In this document: in pieces, positions 29,916-41,167 of the stretch
Layout of the letters: each line of letters begins with the position of its first letter
Numbering within the stretch: position 1 is the first letter of the stretch
From: Methanothrix sp.
Lineage (GTDB): Archaea > Halobacteriota > Methanosarcinia > Methanotrichales > Methanotrichaceae
Assembly: GCA_037128175.1 (NCBI GenBank)
Contig: JBAXWY010000005.1
Span: forward strand, 32,001-96,000
DNA length: 64,000 bases
Direction: 5' to 3'
Translations under genes and position numbers: made by a program
Notes under the pieces: generated by a model
What the model was told of the DNA's origin: nothing
What the model saw: only the letters and a program-made list of their open reading frames with translations
Databases searched by the model: none

Positions 29916-30878
29916 TCAGTGAATTCCGGTTACGCACTCCTTTTCCAGATCGAAAAGGACAATCTCTTCCGACCCCTGACGAATGACGAGCTTCCTATCC
30001 TCCGTCACCCGGCCGATCACCCTTGCCGTCAGGCCGCGCCTTTCGAACACCTCTAAGACCGCCTCTGCATTCTCAGGTTTAGCGGTTACGACAAAGCCCA
30101 TTCCGGGATACATCTTCAGCCAGCTTGCCAGATCCAGGCCCGCGGGAACTGGAATTGCTTCTACATCCACAACGGCGCCCACCCGGCTTGTTTCCAGCAG
30201 CATGCCCAGGGTCCCCAGCAGTCCCGGATTGCTGATATCTTTTCCGGCCTTAACCAGCCTCCTCTCGCCCAGCTCCTGCATACTTCCTAGCTGCATGAGC
30301 AGAGTCTTGCTGTCCTTGAAGCTGGTGGAGTCGAAGTTTATAGCGAATTTGGGATGGGGCCGGCCATCCATATCCGCAGCCGCTACTACTACCTCGCCCG
30401 CCCTGGCCGTACTGCTTAGAATGACGCCGCTCTTTTTGGCCTTGCCAAGGATTGCCACGTCTAGAGCGCTGTAAGGCGTGTCCGGATGCAGGTGGCCGCC
30501 GATAATGGGCACATGAAACTTCTCAATTGCGGTCTTCATGCCTCGCAGGACTTTTTCCATAATCTCCTGGTTGTCCACGGAGAGCACATCCACCATGGCC
30601 ACCGGCCAGCCGCCCATGGCCGCGATATCGTGCACATTGACCAGAACGGAACAGTAGCCGGACCACTCCGGATCGACCTCCATGAGCTTGGACCAGATGC
30701 CGTCCGCAGCCAGGAGCATGACCTCCTCTCCATCGTCAATAACTGCCGCATCCTCACCAAAGGAGGCGATGATACGCTCTGACTCTATGGGAAAGAATTG
30801 CATGAGGCTACCTATCTGCTTTTTGCGAGTGATGCCTACAAATCCTCGCAGCTGGGATGCCAGAGACTCCAGATTCAT
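29916..30878 (-). CDS. Methanogenesis marker 2 protein (AIR synthase/PurM-like)
   Basis: FGEDAAV, LAADGIW, LVNVHDIAAMGG, GGHLHPD and GKDISNPG. Confidence 0.88.
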   Translation of the reverse strand: MNLESLASQLRGFVGITRKKQIGSLMQFFPIESERIIASFGEDAAVIDDGEEVMLLAADGIWSKLMEVDPEWSGYCSVLVNVHDIAAMGGWPVAMVDVLSVDNQEIMEKVLRGMKTAIEKFHVPIIGGHLHPDTPYSALDVAILGKAKKSGVILSSTARAGEVVVAAADMDGRPHPKFAINFDSTSFKDSKTLLMQLGSMQELGERRLVKAGKDISNPGLLGTLGMLLETSRVGAVVDVEAIPVPAGLDLASWLKMYPGMGFVVTAKPENAEAVLEVFERRGLTARVIGRVTEDRKLVIRQGSEEIVLFDLEKECVTGIH

Positions 30879-30987
30879 TGCAGAATCTTGCGGCTTTGAT
30901 CAAAAATAGATGACGCTTTGAGGGGCCGCAAGGTTCTTAAACTCCCGGCTAAGAATGAAAAGTCCCGCGTTCTGGGGAGAATAATCT

Positions 30988-31090
30988 CTGCAGGGGAAAA
31001 CTCCAGTGGAAAAATGTCACAAAGAATTTTTTAAAGTTTCTATAGCTATTGAAAATCTGCGACTGAATAAATAATAATAATAAATGAATC
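30988..31090. promoter_or_regulatory. Candidate ORB-like boxes next to an AT-rich tract
   Basis: Tandem CTGCAGGGGAAAA/CTCCAGTGGAAAA followed by an AT-rich (AAT)n stretch in the divergent gap upstream of polC. Confidence 0.3.
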
Positions 31091-31342
31091 TAGCTTTATT
31101 GCCTGCAAACGATATATGTTGTGGCATCGCCACACGCGAAGCCGAGGGGTTGGAAGGTAATATATTCTAGTAAGTTGGCACAAAAAAGTATCAAGCGCCA
31201 TCTTATCGTCAATGAGGTCCCGTTTTAATATGGTCCTTTAAAGTAGAGAAAAACAGCACTCATTTTCCAACATGCAGAATAACTGCCCTTCGAAAGCATT
31301 ATGATCTTATGAGACACTGAGGGAGACTGGGGTTGGTTAATT

Positions 31343-31768
31343 ATGATCAGGGAGTTCAAACAAGGTCGCATTTTTCTTGCCAGGCTCGACCATGGTGCGG
31401 ATATCATCAGCCAGATCACCAATCTGGCAGAGGAGAATGGAATTGAGACGGGCGCTTTGAGCGCTATCGGTGCCCTCTCGCGGGCGGAACTTGGCTACTA
31501 CGATCAGCTTTCTCACGAGTACGGCACGTTTTTCCTGGAAGAGCCCGTGGAATTGGCCTCATGCTCCGGAAATATATCCATGCGGGACGTTCGGCCCTTT
31601 GTGCATGCTCATGCCGTTCTATCGGACAGGACGGGAAGGACCTGGGGCGGCCACCTGACCTCTGGCACCATCTTTGCCGCCGAGCTTTTTTTGCAGGAGC
31701 TTTCCGGCCTGCCCCTGAAAAGAGTCCCTGATTCTATCACAGGCCTTAACCTCTGGGGAAAAGAATAA
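31343..31768 (+). CDS. PPC domain (DUF296) protein
   Basis: [26 protein letters not shown] and GGHL. Confidence 0.9.
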   Translation: MIREFKQGRIFLARLDHGADIISQITNLAEENGIETGALSAIGALSRAELGYYDQLSHEYGTFFLEEPVELASCSGNISMRDVRPFVHAHAVLSDRTGRTWGGHLTSGTIFAAELFLQELSGLPLKRVPDSITGLNLWGKE

Positions 31769-31802
31769 TGAACGGAAAAGAAGTGGAAGACAAAGAGTCG
31801 AA

Positions 31803-34800
31803 ATGAAGAATTCCGAATACTTCGAGCATTTACAACTGGGTCTTAAAAACGCCATGGACATAGCCCAGGCCGCACGTAGCCAGGGATTGGACCCCAGCAC
31901 CGAGGTGGAGATACCGCTGGCCGTGGACCTGGCGGAAAGAGTGGAGAAGCTGATAGGCATTCCCGGCATTGCTGTACGTATTCGGGAGCTGGAAGAGAAT
32001 GGCATGAGCCGGGAAGAAGCAGCTCTGGCCATTGGTATTGATTTCGCGGAAGGGCGTCTGGGAAAAGGCGCCACCAAGATCCAGTCCGTGGAAAACGCCA
32101 TCCGTACATCGGTTGCCCTGCTAACCGAGGGCGTGGTGGCAGCGCCCATTGAAGGAATCGCTCGCGTGGACCTGGGGAAAAACGATGATGGAACAGAATA
32201 TCTCAAGGTCTACTACGCCGGTCCCATTCGTTCCGCGGGCGGAACCGCCCAGGCACTCTCCGTTCTCGTGGCCGATTATGTGAGAAGGGCTGTGGGCATC
32301 TCTCCCTGGAAACCAAGGCCCGAAGAGGTGGAGCGCTATGTTGAGGAGATCGGCCTTTACAAACGCGTGGCTGGCCTCCAGTATTCCCCCTCGGACGACG
32401 AGATTAGAATCATTGTGCGTAACTGCCCCATCTGCATCGAGGGCGAGCCCACCGAGGAGGAGGAGGTCTCAGGATACCGCGACCTTCCCAGAATCGAGAC
32501 CAATCGCGTGCGGGGCGGCATCGCTCTGGTCTCAGCGGAGGGTATCGCCCTGAAGAGGCCCAAGCTCAAGAAGCATGTCGTAAAACTGGGCATCACCGGC
32601 TGGGAGTGGCTCGATTCTCTGGCCAGTGGCAAAAAGGACGGCGGAGACTCATCCCCCAAGTTTTTGCGAGACCTGATTGCCGGGCGTCCCGTATTTTCTC
32701 ATCCCTCCCGGCCAGGCGGCTTTCGGCTGCGTTATGGGCGGGCCAGAAATACGGGCCTCGCTGCCGCCGGCGTCAATCCCGCCAGCATGCTGCTTTTGGG
32801 TCAGTTCATGGCTGCCGGAACCCAGATCAAGGTGGAGCAGCCGGGAAAAGCAGCGGCAGTGGCTCCCGTCAGTTCCATCGAGGGGCCGACGGTGAGGCTA
32901 TTAAACGGCGATGTGGTTCGCTTCGATTCCGATACGGATATCCTGGAATGGATGCCCAAAAGCTGCAAGGATCCCAGGACCATTCATGCGGCGCTTAAAT
33001 CCCGCGTCTCCAATATTTTAGACATAGGCGAAATTTTAATCAGCTACGGTGAGTTCCTGGAGAACAACCGGTCCCTGGCTCCTGCCTCTTATGTCTTTGA
33101 GTGGTGGGCAGAGGAGCTATTGAAAGCGGGCGGGGACCCCGCCGGCAAAGAGAAGATCAGCGGACAGGAAGCCATAACTTTATCCCGAGAATACGGCGTG
33201 CCCCTGCACCCGGCTCATACCTATCTCTGGCATGATCTTTCTATGCCGGAGTTTGAGAGTCTTGTCTCTCTGGTATTCTCAGAAGGCCGCCTTGAATCCG
33301 GGACCCTCAGGCTTCCCTTGCCTGCCAAGGAATCCCTGGAGACGCTGCTGGTCCTCCATAAGGTTAGAGTGGGGGAAATAATCATCGAAGATCCGTTGCC
33401 TCTCTTGCTCTGCCTGGGTTTGGAGCCGGATGGCGCGGGCCTGAAAAAATGCAGTCTTCAGACGGCTCTGGAGTGTATCGGAGATGAAAAGTCGGAAGGC
33501 GATGATGCAGACGCAGAAAAGAAGGAATCCTCTGCGCTGGACGCTGTCAACAGACTCAGCGGCCTGGTTGTTCGCGCCCGGGCTCCCACGCGCATCGGTG
33601 CTCGCATGGGCCGGCCCGAGAAATCGGATAAAAGGCTGATGCGCCCGCCGCCGCACGTTCTCTTTCCGGCTGGAGAAGAAGGCGGCAAATCAAGGTCCAT
33701 TCAAGAGGCTGCCAAGCACTCCACAAGCAATACCACCGGCATCATCAATGTGGAGATCGAGCGGAGAATATGCAAAGACTGCGGTAAGGTGGGCTTTGCC
33801 TTCCGTTGCGAGTGCGGCGGCCATACAGAAAAAAAGAGAGCCTGCCCCAAATGCAACATTCCCGCCCCGGATAAGTGCCCCAAATGCGGTAAGGATACGA
33901 CGGCCGTTGCCAAGATGCAGATCGACGTAAAGAAGCTGTATCACCAGGCGCTGGAGCGTTTGGGCGAGCGCGAGCCGGAGTCGCTCAAGGGCGTCCTCGG
34001 CCTCTCCTCCCGGGATAAGACACCCGAGCCTCTGGAGAAAGGCATACTGCGTGCCAAGCATGGCATAAACATTTTCAAAGACGGCACGGTGAGGTACGAT
34101 CTCACCGATCTGCCTCTCACTCATTTCCGCTCGGATGAGATCGGCACCAGCCCGGAGATTTTGTGCAGTTTGGGCTACACAGAGGACATGCACGGCCGAC
34201 CGCTGTCAGAAGCGGATCAGGTCTGCGAGCTACGCGTGCAGGACATCATTTTAGCCGGGGATGCCGGGGAATATCTCCTTAAAGTGGCCAAGTTCGTGGA
34301 TGAGCTTCTCGTCAAGTTCTACGGCCTTGCGCCTTACTACAATGCATTGACTCCGGCGGACCTGATCGGCACTCTCATGGTGGGCCTGGCGCCGCACACC
34401 TCGGCGGGGGTGCTCTGCCGCCTCATCGGCTACAGCACGGCATCAGCCGGCTTTGGCCATCCCTTCTTTCATGCCGCCAAGCGGCGCAACTGCGACGGGG
34501 ATGAGGACTGCGTGATGCTGCTCATGGATGCGCTGCTTAACTTTTCCATGTCCTATCTTCCTGCCAAACGGGGAGGGAAGATGGACGCCTGCCTGGTCAT
34601 GACCACCATTCTCAATCCTTCCGAGGTTGACAAAGAGGCCCATAACCTCGATGTGACACGCGTCTACCCTCTGGAGTTTTATGAGGCCACATTGCTGGGG
34701 ACAAACCCCAAAGACCTGGAGGCGAAATTTGATCTGGTCTCCAAGCGGCTGGGTACTGATGCCCAGTACGAGGGCTTCAATTTCAGTCACAGTACCACGG

Positions 34801-35243
34801 ATATAGCCGCCGGCCCCAAGTACAGCGCCTACAAGACCCTGGAGACCATGGTGGACAAGATGGATGCCCAGCTGGAGCTGGCGCGCATGATCCGGGCAGT
34901 GGATGCGCAGGATGTTGCCGAGCGGGTCATCAACTCTCACTTTCTGCCCGATCTGATCGGCAATCTGCATGCCTTCTCCAAGCAGAAGGTGAGGTGTGTG
35001 AAGTGCGGGGCCAAATTCCGGCGTCCTCCCTTGAAAGAGACCTGTCCCAAGTGCGGCGGCAGGATAATCCTCACGGTGCATGAGGGCAGCGTTCGCAAAT
35101 ATCTGGAAGTCTCCATTAAGGTGGCCGAGGAGTACGGCGTAAGCAGCTACACCAAGCAGAGGCTGCAGCTTTTGAAGATTGAGATCAACTCCCTCTTCAA
35201 GAATGACAAGGCCAAACAGACGGGCTTGGCTGATTTCATGTAA
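31803..35243 (+). CDS. polC: DNA polymerase II (PolD) large subunit DP2
   Basis: [37 protein letters not shown] and zinc fingers. Confidence 0.98.
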   Translation: MKNSEYFEHLQLGLKNAMDIAQAARSQGLDPSTEVEIPLAVDLAERVEKLIGIPGIAVRIRELEENGMSREEAALAIGIDFAEGRLGKGATKIQSVENAIRTSVALLTEGVVAAPIEGIARVDLGKNDDGTEYLKVYYAGPIRSAGGTAQALSVLVADYVRRAVGISPWKPRPEEVERYVEEIGLYKRVAGLQYSPSDDEIRIIVRNCPICIEGEPTEEEEVSGYRDLPRIETNRVRGGIALVSAEGIALKRPKLKKHVVKLGITGWEWLDSLASGKKDGGDSSPKFLRDLIAGRPVFSHPSRPGGFRLRYGRARNTGLAAAGVNPASMLLLGQFMAAGTQIKVEQPGKAAAVAPVSSIEGPTVRLLNGDVVRFDSDTDILEWMPKSCKDPRTIHAALKSRVSNILDIGEILISYGEFLENNRSLAPASYVFEWWAEELLKAGGDPAGKEKISGQEAITLSREYGVPLHPAHTYLWHDLSMPEFESLVSLVFSEGRLESGTLRLPLPAKESLETLLVLHKVRVGEIIIEDPLPLLLCLGLEPDGAGLKKCSLQTALECIGDEKSEGDDADAEKKESSALDAVNRLSGLVVRARAPTRIGARMGRPEKSDKRLMRPPPHVLFPAGEEGGKSRSIQEAAKHSTSNTTGIINVEIERRICKDCGKVGFAFRCECGGHTEKKRACPKCNIPAPDKCPKCGKDTTAVAKMQIDVKKLYHQALERLGEREPESLKGVLGLSSRDKTPEPLEKGILRAKHGINIFKDGTVRYDLTDLPLTHFRSDEIGTSPEILCSLGYTEDMHGRPLSEADQVCELRVQDIILAGDAGEYLLKVAKFVDELLVKFYGLAPYYNALTPADLIGTLMVGLAPHTSAGVLCRLIGYSTASAGFGHPFFHAAKRRNCDGDEDCVMLLMDALLNFSMSYLPAKRGGKMDACLVMTTILNPSEVDKEAHNLDVTRVYPLEFYEATLLGTNPKDLEAKFDLVSKRLGTDAQYEGFNFSHSTTDIAAGPKYSAYKTLETMVDKMDAQLELARMIRAVDAQDVAERVINSHFLPDLIGNLHAFSKQKVRCVKCGAKFRRPPLKETCPKCGGRIILTVHEGSVRKYLEVSIKVAEEYGVSSYTKQRLQLLKIEINSLFKNDKAKQTGLADFM

Positions 35244-35321
35244 ACTGAAACTAAAACTGAATCTAAAAATTTAAATATGAATGGCATAGATAGATTACGG
35301 AAATGAAGGGGATGAGAGTTT

Positions 35322-36140
35322 ATGCTTAGAAGGGGGATAATACTTTTGCTGCTGGCGACACTGCTCGCCGGCAATGCGCTCTGCAATGCAGAGGAAAATG
35401 TGACCACCATTACGGCCTCAGAGGATGTTTACATCAGCATGGGAGAGAATAAAGTAACCGTATACAATCAAAGCGAGATGCTCCTATGTGCCGTCGATGT
35501 GACCGGCAATCAGGCCGAAATGGTTCGTTATCCAGGCGCTCCTGTAATTCAGTTTGATATTTCCGGCCTTAATATCACAGATAACGATGTTGCGATTCTG
35601 GTGCTTAAAGCCGCATCCATGCAGAAGCAAAAAGATCCTGTCATGGTGGCATTGATGTCCATCGATTCCGATTGGGATGAAAGCTCGGATTACACCACAT
35701 TTCTGGTCAATATCCTGCCTGCCTGGAATATCATCAAGAAGAATGATGCCACTGCCATGAGCAGCAACACCGATGGCGATAGCGTCTTCGCATTTGATGT
35801 CTCCCAAAAGCTGAGGGATGCCAGGGCAAAAGGAGACAAAATATCCTTCCTCCTGGAGGCGATCAGCAACAGCAGCGCGGAGATTTCTTTCCTGCCACGG
35901 GAGAGCGGCCAGGGACCATGCCTGATGATCATGCCCTACCCGGCATCAACGCCGGAGGTAGCCGTGCAGCCAGATTTAGCATTGAATTCGAGCTTGCAGA
36001 CCGATCAGACCTCGGTTCTTCCCGAAAACATCAACCAAACAGCACAGCAGACAGACACGCCAACCGATTTGCAGATAATCCTGGCTGGCAAAAAGGTTCC
36101 CGTGGCTGGCAGATTGCTGAGCAACCAGAGTATTGAATAA
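35322..36140 (+). CDS. Secreted hypothetical protein (DNRLRE/CBM96-like beta-sandwich)
   Basis: Signal peptide; ASEDVYI, IQFDIS, WDES, FDVS and F..RES..GP pattern. Confidence 0.6.
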   Translation: MLRRGIILLLLATLLAGNALCNAEENVTTITASEDVYISMGENKVTVYNQSEMLLCAVDVTGNQAEMVRYPGAPVIQFDISGLNITDNDVAILVLKAASMQKQKDPVMVALMSIDSDWDESSDYTTFLVNILPAWNIIKKNDATAMSSNTDGDSVFAFDVSQKLRDARAKGDKISFLLEAISNSSAEISFLPRESGQGPCLMIMPYPASTPEVAVQPDLALNSSLQTDQTSVLPENINQTAQQTDTPTDLQIILAGKKVPVAGRLLSNQSIE

Positions 36141-36195
36141 GCAATGATCCGAACTTGGGATTCCGGCTATTTCGAGCGGGTAATAGAATAATCGA

Positions 36196-36374
36196 GTCCT
36201 CTGTGATTCCTTTGTGCGCTCTGTGTCTGCGGTGGTGGTAGTACCGTCAGCCATTTGGTTATAACCAGTGGCTAACGACTATTCCACCACAGAGACACCA
36301 CAGCTCACAGATAACGCACAGAGACGAACTAACAACTGGAAAACCATAGTAACTAGAAATAGCGAAGAGCCAAA
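36196..36374. repeat. Full (36251-36374) plus partial inverted (36196-36236) copies of the ACAGAG repeat
   Basis: Reverse complement of 36251-36374 aligns end to end with 41863-41995; carries near-palindrome AGCCATTTGGTTATAACCAGTGGCT. Confidence 0.88.
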
Positions 36375-36437
36375 AATGGCATGCACAATTGCTGGCCACA
36401 AGAGGAAAATAGCCCAAATGATCAAGGAAATAATCTA

Positions 36438-37424
36438 ATGGACTTCTTTTCCCATGCATTGCTGGCCTATATCCTGGGCAGCTTTCTTTGTCTGGATAAA
36501 AAGCTTCTCGCAGCCCTGGTGCTGGGCGGCATCGCTCCAGACCTGGATATTCTCATCTCCTGGATCAATAACGTCTATCCGACCTCTCTTCTCCTGGTGC
36601 ACAGAGGAATCACCCATACTATTTTCTTTGGATTTTTTTTCGCTCTGCTTATTTTATATCTCGCCTCTCGGGAGCAGATTAAGAGTTTTCTTGCCCGGTT
36701 CATCAAATTCGATCTCGACTTTTCCGCTACCAGCATGGCCTTTGTCTATGCCGGAGTTCTCCTCCACCTCTTTGTGGACTATACAACGACGAGAGGCGTT
36801 CCTCTCTTCTATCCCTGGCAGGCAGTCAGGTATTCGGCCAACATTTTTTCCCAGATCGAGCCGATTATGCTGATCGCCAGCCTCCTGGTTTTGGCCGTGC
36901 TGGTAAGGGAAAGGCACCTGATAAAGTTTAATAAAAATCTGTTTATGGTATTCTTGCTCTTTTTCTTGATCGTGGGCGGGATAAGAATTGAAGGGAAAGC
37001 GGCTGCGGGTGGGTTTTTTAACGGCCAGAACGTAGAAATCTACCCGGATTCCAATCTCTTCTCGTGGGCAGTTTTGGAGAACGACAGCGACCAGTTCCTG
37101 GTTTATGGGTATGACTCGCTTATGGGAAAAGCCACCAGCAGCTCGGCCTTTGCCAAAATGACCGTGGCCTCCAGCATCACGCAGGCGAAAATAGCCATAG
37201 GTGCCGCCGAAAATCTGCCTCAAGTCAAGCTCTTTCGCTGGAGAGCTTATGCCGTGGCCATAAATGCCTCTTCTCAGAACGGCTCCTGGGAAATTGACTA
37301 CTACGATCCACTGGTCAGGGCGCAGATGGCCAATTCTGGGCGCTTCTTCTGGCCGGCACTGAAGGGCTACGGATCGGTTCGGGTAAGGGTGGAGGACGGG
37401 GTGGCGAGGATTCTTGAATCGTAG
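36438..37424 (+). CDS. Membrane-bound metal-dependent hydrolase (YdjM/DUF457)
   Basis: MDFFSH, APDLD, HRGITH and HLFVDYTTTRGVPLFYPW. Confidence 0.88.
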   Translation: MDFFSHALLAYILGSFLCLDKKLLAALVLGGIAPDLDILISWINNVYPTSLLLVHRGITHTIFFGFFFALLILYLASREQIKSFLARFIKFDLDFSATSMAFVYAGVLLHLFVDYTTTRGVPLFYPWQAVRYSANIFSQIEPIMLIASLLVLAVLVRERHLIKFNKNLFMVFLLFFLIVGGIRIEGKAAAGGFFNGQNVEIYPDSNLFSWAVLENDSDQFLVYGYDSLMGKATSSSAFAKMTVASSITQAKIAIGAAENLPQVKLFRWRAYAVAINASSQNGSWEIDYYDPLVRAQMANSGRFFWPALKGYGSVRVRVEDGVARILES

Positions 37425-37530
37425 ATGGCATGGGGAATCGCATCATTAGCAAATCAAATGATAAGGAGATAAAGCAGGTCATGTCCTGTTATTTTATACT
37501 CCTCATCGTGTACCTCTTTGGCCCTGGGAA

Positions 37531-39687
37531 TTACAGCTCTTTTGCTTTGGCGAAGATATCATTGGCTTCAGTGGTCCTTCCGAGGGCATTTAGAGCGTTG
37601 CCTTTGTTATTCCAGGCATCGGCACAATTTGGATCTAGCCGGATGGCCTCATCGTAATATTTGATGGCATCGGCATAGTTACCCTGGTCATAGAGAGCAA
37701 TTCCCTTTTTATTCCAAGGCCACGCAAATTTCTGATCTAATTCGATAGATCTATCGTAGGCTTTAATGGCTTCATCATATTCACCTAGCTTATGAAGGGC
37801 TGCCCCTTTGTAACTCCAAATCATCGACAACTCTTCTGGATCTAGCTTGATAGCGTTATCGTAGGATTTAATGGCTTCATCATAATTGCCAAGTTCATAG
37901 AGAGCGTAACCCTTATTGAACCAAGGCCATGCAAACTTAGGATCGAGTTCAATGGCCTTATCATAGACTTTTATAGATCCAATGTAATTGCCTTGAGTCG
38001 CAAGAGCAGATCCTTTTTTATTCCAGGCTGTTGCATCTTTGGGATCAAGCTCGATCATTTTATCATATGCTTTGATAGCACCATCATATTGATCCAGATG
38101 AAAAAGAGCGTCGCCTTTATTGTTCCAAGCATCGATAAACTTGGGATCTAGCCTGACAGCCTCGTCATAAGCCTGAACTGCCTCATCATATCTATTTAGG
38201 TTGGCTAAAGCCCAACCCTTATTATTCCAGGCCCAAGCAAACTTCGGTCTTATCTTGATAGCATTGTTATAGGCTTGAATAGCTTCATCGTACTTTTCAA
38301 TATTTACCATAACTATGCCTTTGCCATTCCAAGCATCGGAATACTTAGGTTTTATCTCAATAGCCTTATCAAAAGCCGCTATTGCATCTTCAAACTTATT
38401 TAATCCATTCAACGCAAATGCTTTATTGCACCAGGCATCTGCAGACCTGGGATGTATCAATATAATTTTGTCGTAACATGAAATTGCTTCTTCATGCTTC
38501 ATAAGCTCTGCCAGGGTCACTCCTTTGTTGATCCATCCCAATTTAATCTTTGGATCTATTTCAATAATCTTATCATAACAGGAGACTGCCTCATCATATT
38601 TTTCTTGATCAAAGAAGGTATTTCCTTTCTTGAGCCACGCACTCGCTTCTCTGGATTTTGCACTTCTTGTTCCAAGTCTAGATTTATCTTCCACTTTAGA
38701 TATATCTCTCTCCTTAATATCGTTAAATTCTTGGGCTATCTTTGAGGGAGCAATAGAAAAACCTAGATCTTCGACGTTTATTTGGCTGATCTTATCAGTT
38801 ATTTTTAATGCAGACTCAAATCTTGTATCATAACCTCTACTAATTACGAGTCCACACACAGGATTGCCTTTGGCGATTCTATCTTGTACCCATCCCATGT
38901 AGTTGGAGATCTGTCCAAATGTGTTTTGACCGGCTCGGACGTTTTTCAACTCAATTACTGTGTATCTTTTTAACGTTTTATCATGGCAAAGTAAATCGAT
39001 ACGGCCGCCATTACCTTTGCAAATTAACTGCCTACCAGATTGATTCGTAGTATTATCAATATATAATTCCAGATCGTAACCAAATTTTTTTAGTACCTTC
39101 AGGTCAGTAGCTAATGCATCTTCAAGTTCTTTCTCTAATTCAATGCTTTTTGCCAGGGGTTCCTTTTGGAGATTCTCGATAAACTCTTGATATCCAGGAT
39201 TATTTGATGCAAGCAATTGATTCAACTTATTCCAATATTCGGATGATATTTTGAAATTTCTTCTTTGAAAACTGCATCTAAGAGGGCCCCATTCTTCAAA
39301 ATAGGGATTTGTACGAAGATCTTTTACATGAATAGGGTGTTCAAATTTATATAGCACTTCATAATCACAGCCATAATCCCATCCATGTTCATTATCATCC
39401 ACAATGGAATACGCGTCACTTTCTGCCTGTATCATATAGCCAATATCCTTCTTTGGCGAGGTCCTCCATAAGAGAACAAGGTCTCCTTCCTTAGTCCCTT
39501 TGTTACAGGTCCACCAGCCATCTGAAGCAACTCCGCTGTTAGGATCGAGGTCTTCTCGATCATTACCATCTTCATCTAGGTAATAATCAGGGCGGGTTAC
39601 CCAGAGCCAGTATTGGCGAGCATTAGGTTCTAACATTTCTTCCTCCTTAGGTCTCCACTCTTCATCATGCTTTAATGTTTCCTTCAA
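37531..39687 (-). CDS. EVE domain - NucS-like PD-(D/E)XK nuclease - TPR fusion protein
   Basis: YWLW..P...W....EGDLVLLW (EVE); LEKELED..GRIDLL..VIELK..GQISNYMGWV (NucS-C); 10 TPRs plus cap; start may be ATG at 39636. Confidence 0.8.
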   Translation of the reverse strand: MKETLKHDEEWRPKEEEMLEPNARQYWLWVTRPDYYLDEDGNDREDLDPNSGVASDGWWTCNKGTKEGDLVLLWRTSPKKDIGYMIQAESDAYSIVDDNEHGWDYGCDYEVLYKFEHPIHVKDLRTNPYFEEWGPLRCSFQRRNFKISSEYWNKLNQLLASNNPGYQEFIENLQKEPLAKSIELEKELEDALATDLKVLKKFGYDLELYIDNTTNQSGRQLICKGNGGRIDLLCHDKTLKRYTVIELKNVRAGQNTFGQISNYMGWVQDRIAKGNPVCGLVISRGYDTRFESALKITDKISQINVEDLGFSIAPSKIAQEFNDIKERDISKVEDKSRLGTRSAKSREASAWLKKGNTFFDQEKYDEAVSCYDKIIEIDPKIKLGWINKGVTLAELMKHEEAISCYDKIILIHPRSADAWCNKAFALNGLNKFEDAIAAFDKAIEIKPKYSDAWNGKGIVMVNIEKYDEAIQAYNNAIKIRPKFAWAWNNKGWALANLNRYDEAVQAYDEAVRLDPKFIDAWNNKGDALFHLDQYDGAIKAYDKMIELDPKDATAWNKKGSALATQGNYIGSIKVYDKAIELDPKFAWPWFNKGYALYELGNYDEAIKSYDNAIKLDPEELSMIWSYKGAALHKLGEYDEAIKAYDRSIELDQKFAWPWNKKGIALYDQGNYADAIKYYDEAIRLDPNCADAWNNKGNALNALGRTTEANDIFAKAKEL

Positions 39688-39745
39688 CTATTTTGATTTC
39701 TGTATAGTCCCAAAGGTTTCGGGATCATGAGGAAGGACTGATAAG

Positions 39746-39950
39746 AAAAACATCATCGTCTCCTAGACAGGCGGCTAGGGACAGCTGCCTCTCCTGCATT
39801 TCACCAACCAGAAGAAGACCGGCTCGCATGAGCTCAACCCCGTCCTCATCCGGGCTCAAGCCCAGGCCCCCGGCCTTCCCCACTTGCAGCGGTATTTCCG
39901 CACCTAATAGTAATAGTAGTAGTAATTCAAGAAAGCTGTCTTGGAGCTGC
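39746..39950 (+). pseudogene. Decayed PP-loop ATPase (diphthine-ammonia ligase/MJ0570-like) N-terminus
   Basis: KNIIVS*TGG*/DSCLSC (SWTGGKDS motif with two TAGs and a frameshift), then LLHF..SHELNPVLIRAQAQA.GLP and FKKAVLEL. Confidence 0.7.
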
Positions 39951-39994
39951 CCGGCGAGTTTCACTTCCGGGTTCACGATACCGCTCAAAAATAT

Positions 39995-41155
39995 TTATTC
40001 GCAGATCATTGCTTCATACGTCGGATCGCTTTGAAGCGGCAGATCGCAACTGGAGAGAACATCGATCCACCCTAATGCGGCAAGATTGCGAATGGCAACT
40101 GCCGCAGCCAGTTCATCCAGCGGTGGCTTTCGCCTCTGCTTCCATTTCATAACCGCATCCAGAACTTCTCGCTCCGTTGGCGTGGCGTCCTTAAGCTCCT
40201 TTACATCCCCGGCTGCAAAGTGAACCGTTGCCGCAATCTCCGATTGAATGGTGGAAGTTCGTAGCAAAAGGTCTGCAACCTTTTCCATGGCAGGCCTCCA
40301 TTTTTCCAGATCTTCCTGCACCTTTGGCAAGATATCTCTGTATGCGGCCCCGGTTCGGAGGACGAACATCCTGTCCACCTGCTCTTCTCGAATCAGGTCG
40401 CTATTTATGAGCCTGGTAAGAACATTGCCTTTCAGCTCCTCTGCAAACGGCCCGAAGCTGGAGCGGCGATAGGTCAGGCCAGTGGGTATTCCTAGTGCTG
40501 TGGCAAAGTAGGCGATCTTCTGGAACCGGGTCCTTCCTACCGGGTAATGGTATTGCTCACGCTCGATCATCTCCAGAATGGCAACCAATGCCACCCAGGC
40601 AGAGCTTAGCTTTTCCGGAGGCACAGGAGGCACGGGAACGGGACCGTTAATGCCCACGGGTGCATCAGCCAGACCCATTACCGAAAGGGCCTGGTCAATG
40701 GTCGCACTGGATGGAATGTAAAGCTCTACGGGAATCTCAAATCGGCTCAAATGCTCATAGAGTACAGGCAGCACAACTCTCCAGTCCAACTGTCCCAACT
40801 GGCATCCCAGAGACGGCACGGCGATTGATGTGATCCCCCAACCCTTATAATGCATCTCAAGATAACGAAGTCCCTGGATTATATCATCAAGGCGAGATAC
40901 GGACCGCCAGTGGCCTTTTGTAGGGAAGTTGAGGATATTATGCGATTCAAATTGCGGGAATAGGTAGGGCTCACCCAGTCGGACCTGTCCTTTTTTGCAC
41001 CGCCGGACGTAATCCTTATACATGCCTGGGAACCGGTTTTTAAACTCCAGAGCCAAGCCCTTGCCCATAATGCCGACACAATTCACGGTATTAACCAGCG
41101 TCTGGGCTCTGGATTGAAATATATCTCCTTTTATGACCTTTACTCGATTCCGCAT
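39995..41155 (-). CDS. darG: DarG macrodomain antitoxin (DNA ADP-ribosylglycohydrolase)
   Basis: GDIF, LVNTVNCVGIMGKGLALEFK, NFPTKGHWR and SLGCQLGQLDW; C-terminal FQKIAYF..FGPFA. Confidence 0.9.
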   Translation of the reverse strand: MRNRVKVIKGDIFQSRAQTLVNTVNCVGIMGKGLALEFKNRFPGMYKDYVRRCKKGQVRLGEPYLFPQFESHNILNFPTKGHWRSVSRLDDIIQGLRYLEMHYKGWGITSIAVPSLGCQLGQLDWRVVLPVLYEHLSRFEIPVELYIPSSATIDQALSVMGLADAPVGINGPVPVPPVPPEKLSSAWVALVAILEMIEREQYHYPVGRTRFQKIAYFATALGIPTGLTYRRSSFGPFAEELKGNVLTRLINSDLIREEQVDRMFVLRTGAAYRDILPKVQEDLEKWRPAMEKVADLLLRTSTIQSEIAATVHFAAGDVKELKDATPTEREVLDAVMKWKQRRKPPLDELAAAVAIRNLAALGWIDVLSSCDLPLQSDPTYEAMICE

Positions 41156-41167
41156 AGCTGAAACGTC

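Noticed and set aside
31065-31085. (AAT)n microsatellite as a contingency locus
   Set aside because: Short and intergenic, with no evidence of variation from a single sequence.
34470-34520. Intein in PolD DP2
   Set aside because: The usual insertion site [10 protein letters not shown] is contiguous and the protein length is normal.
39746-39800. Pyrrolysine readthrough of two in-frame TAG codons
   Set aside because: A frameshift and deletion accompany the TAGs, indicating decay; no pyl genes are in the window.
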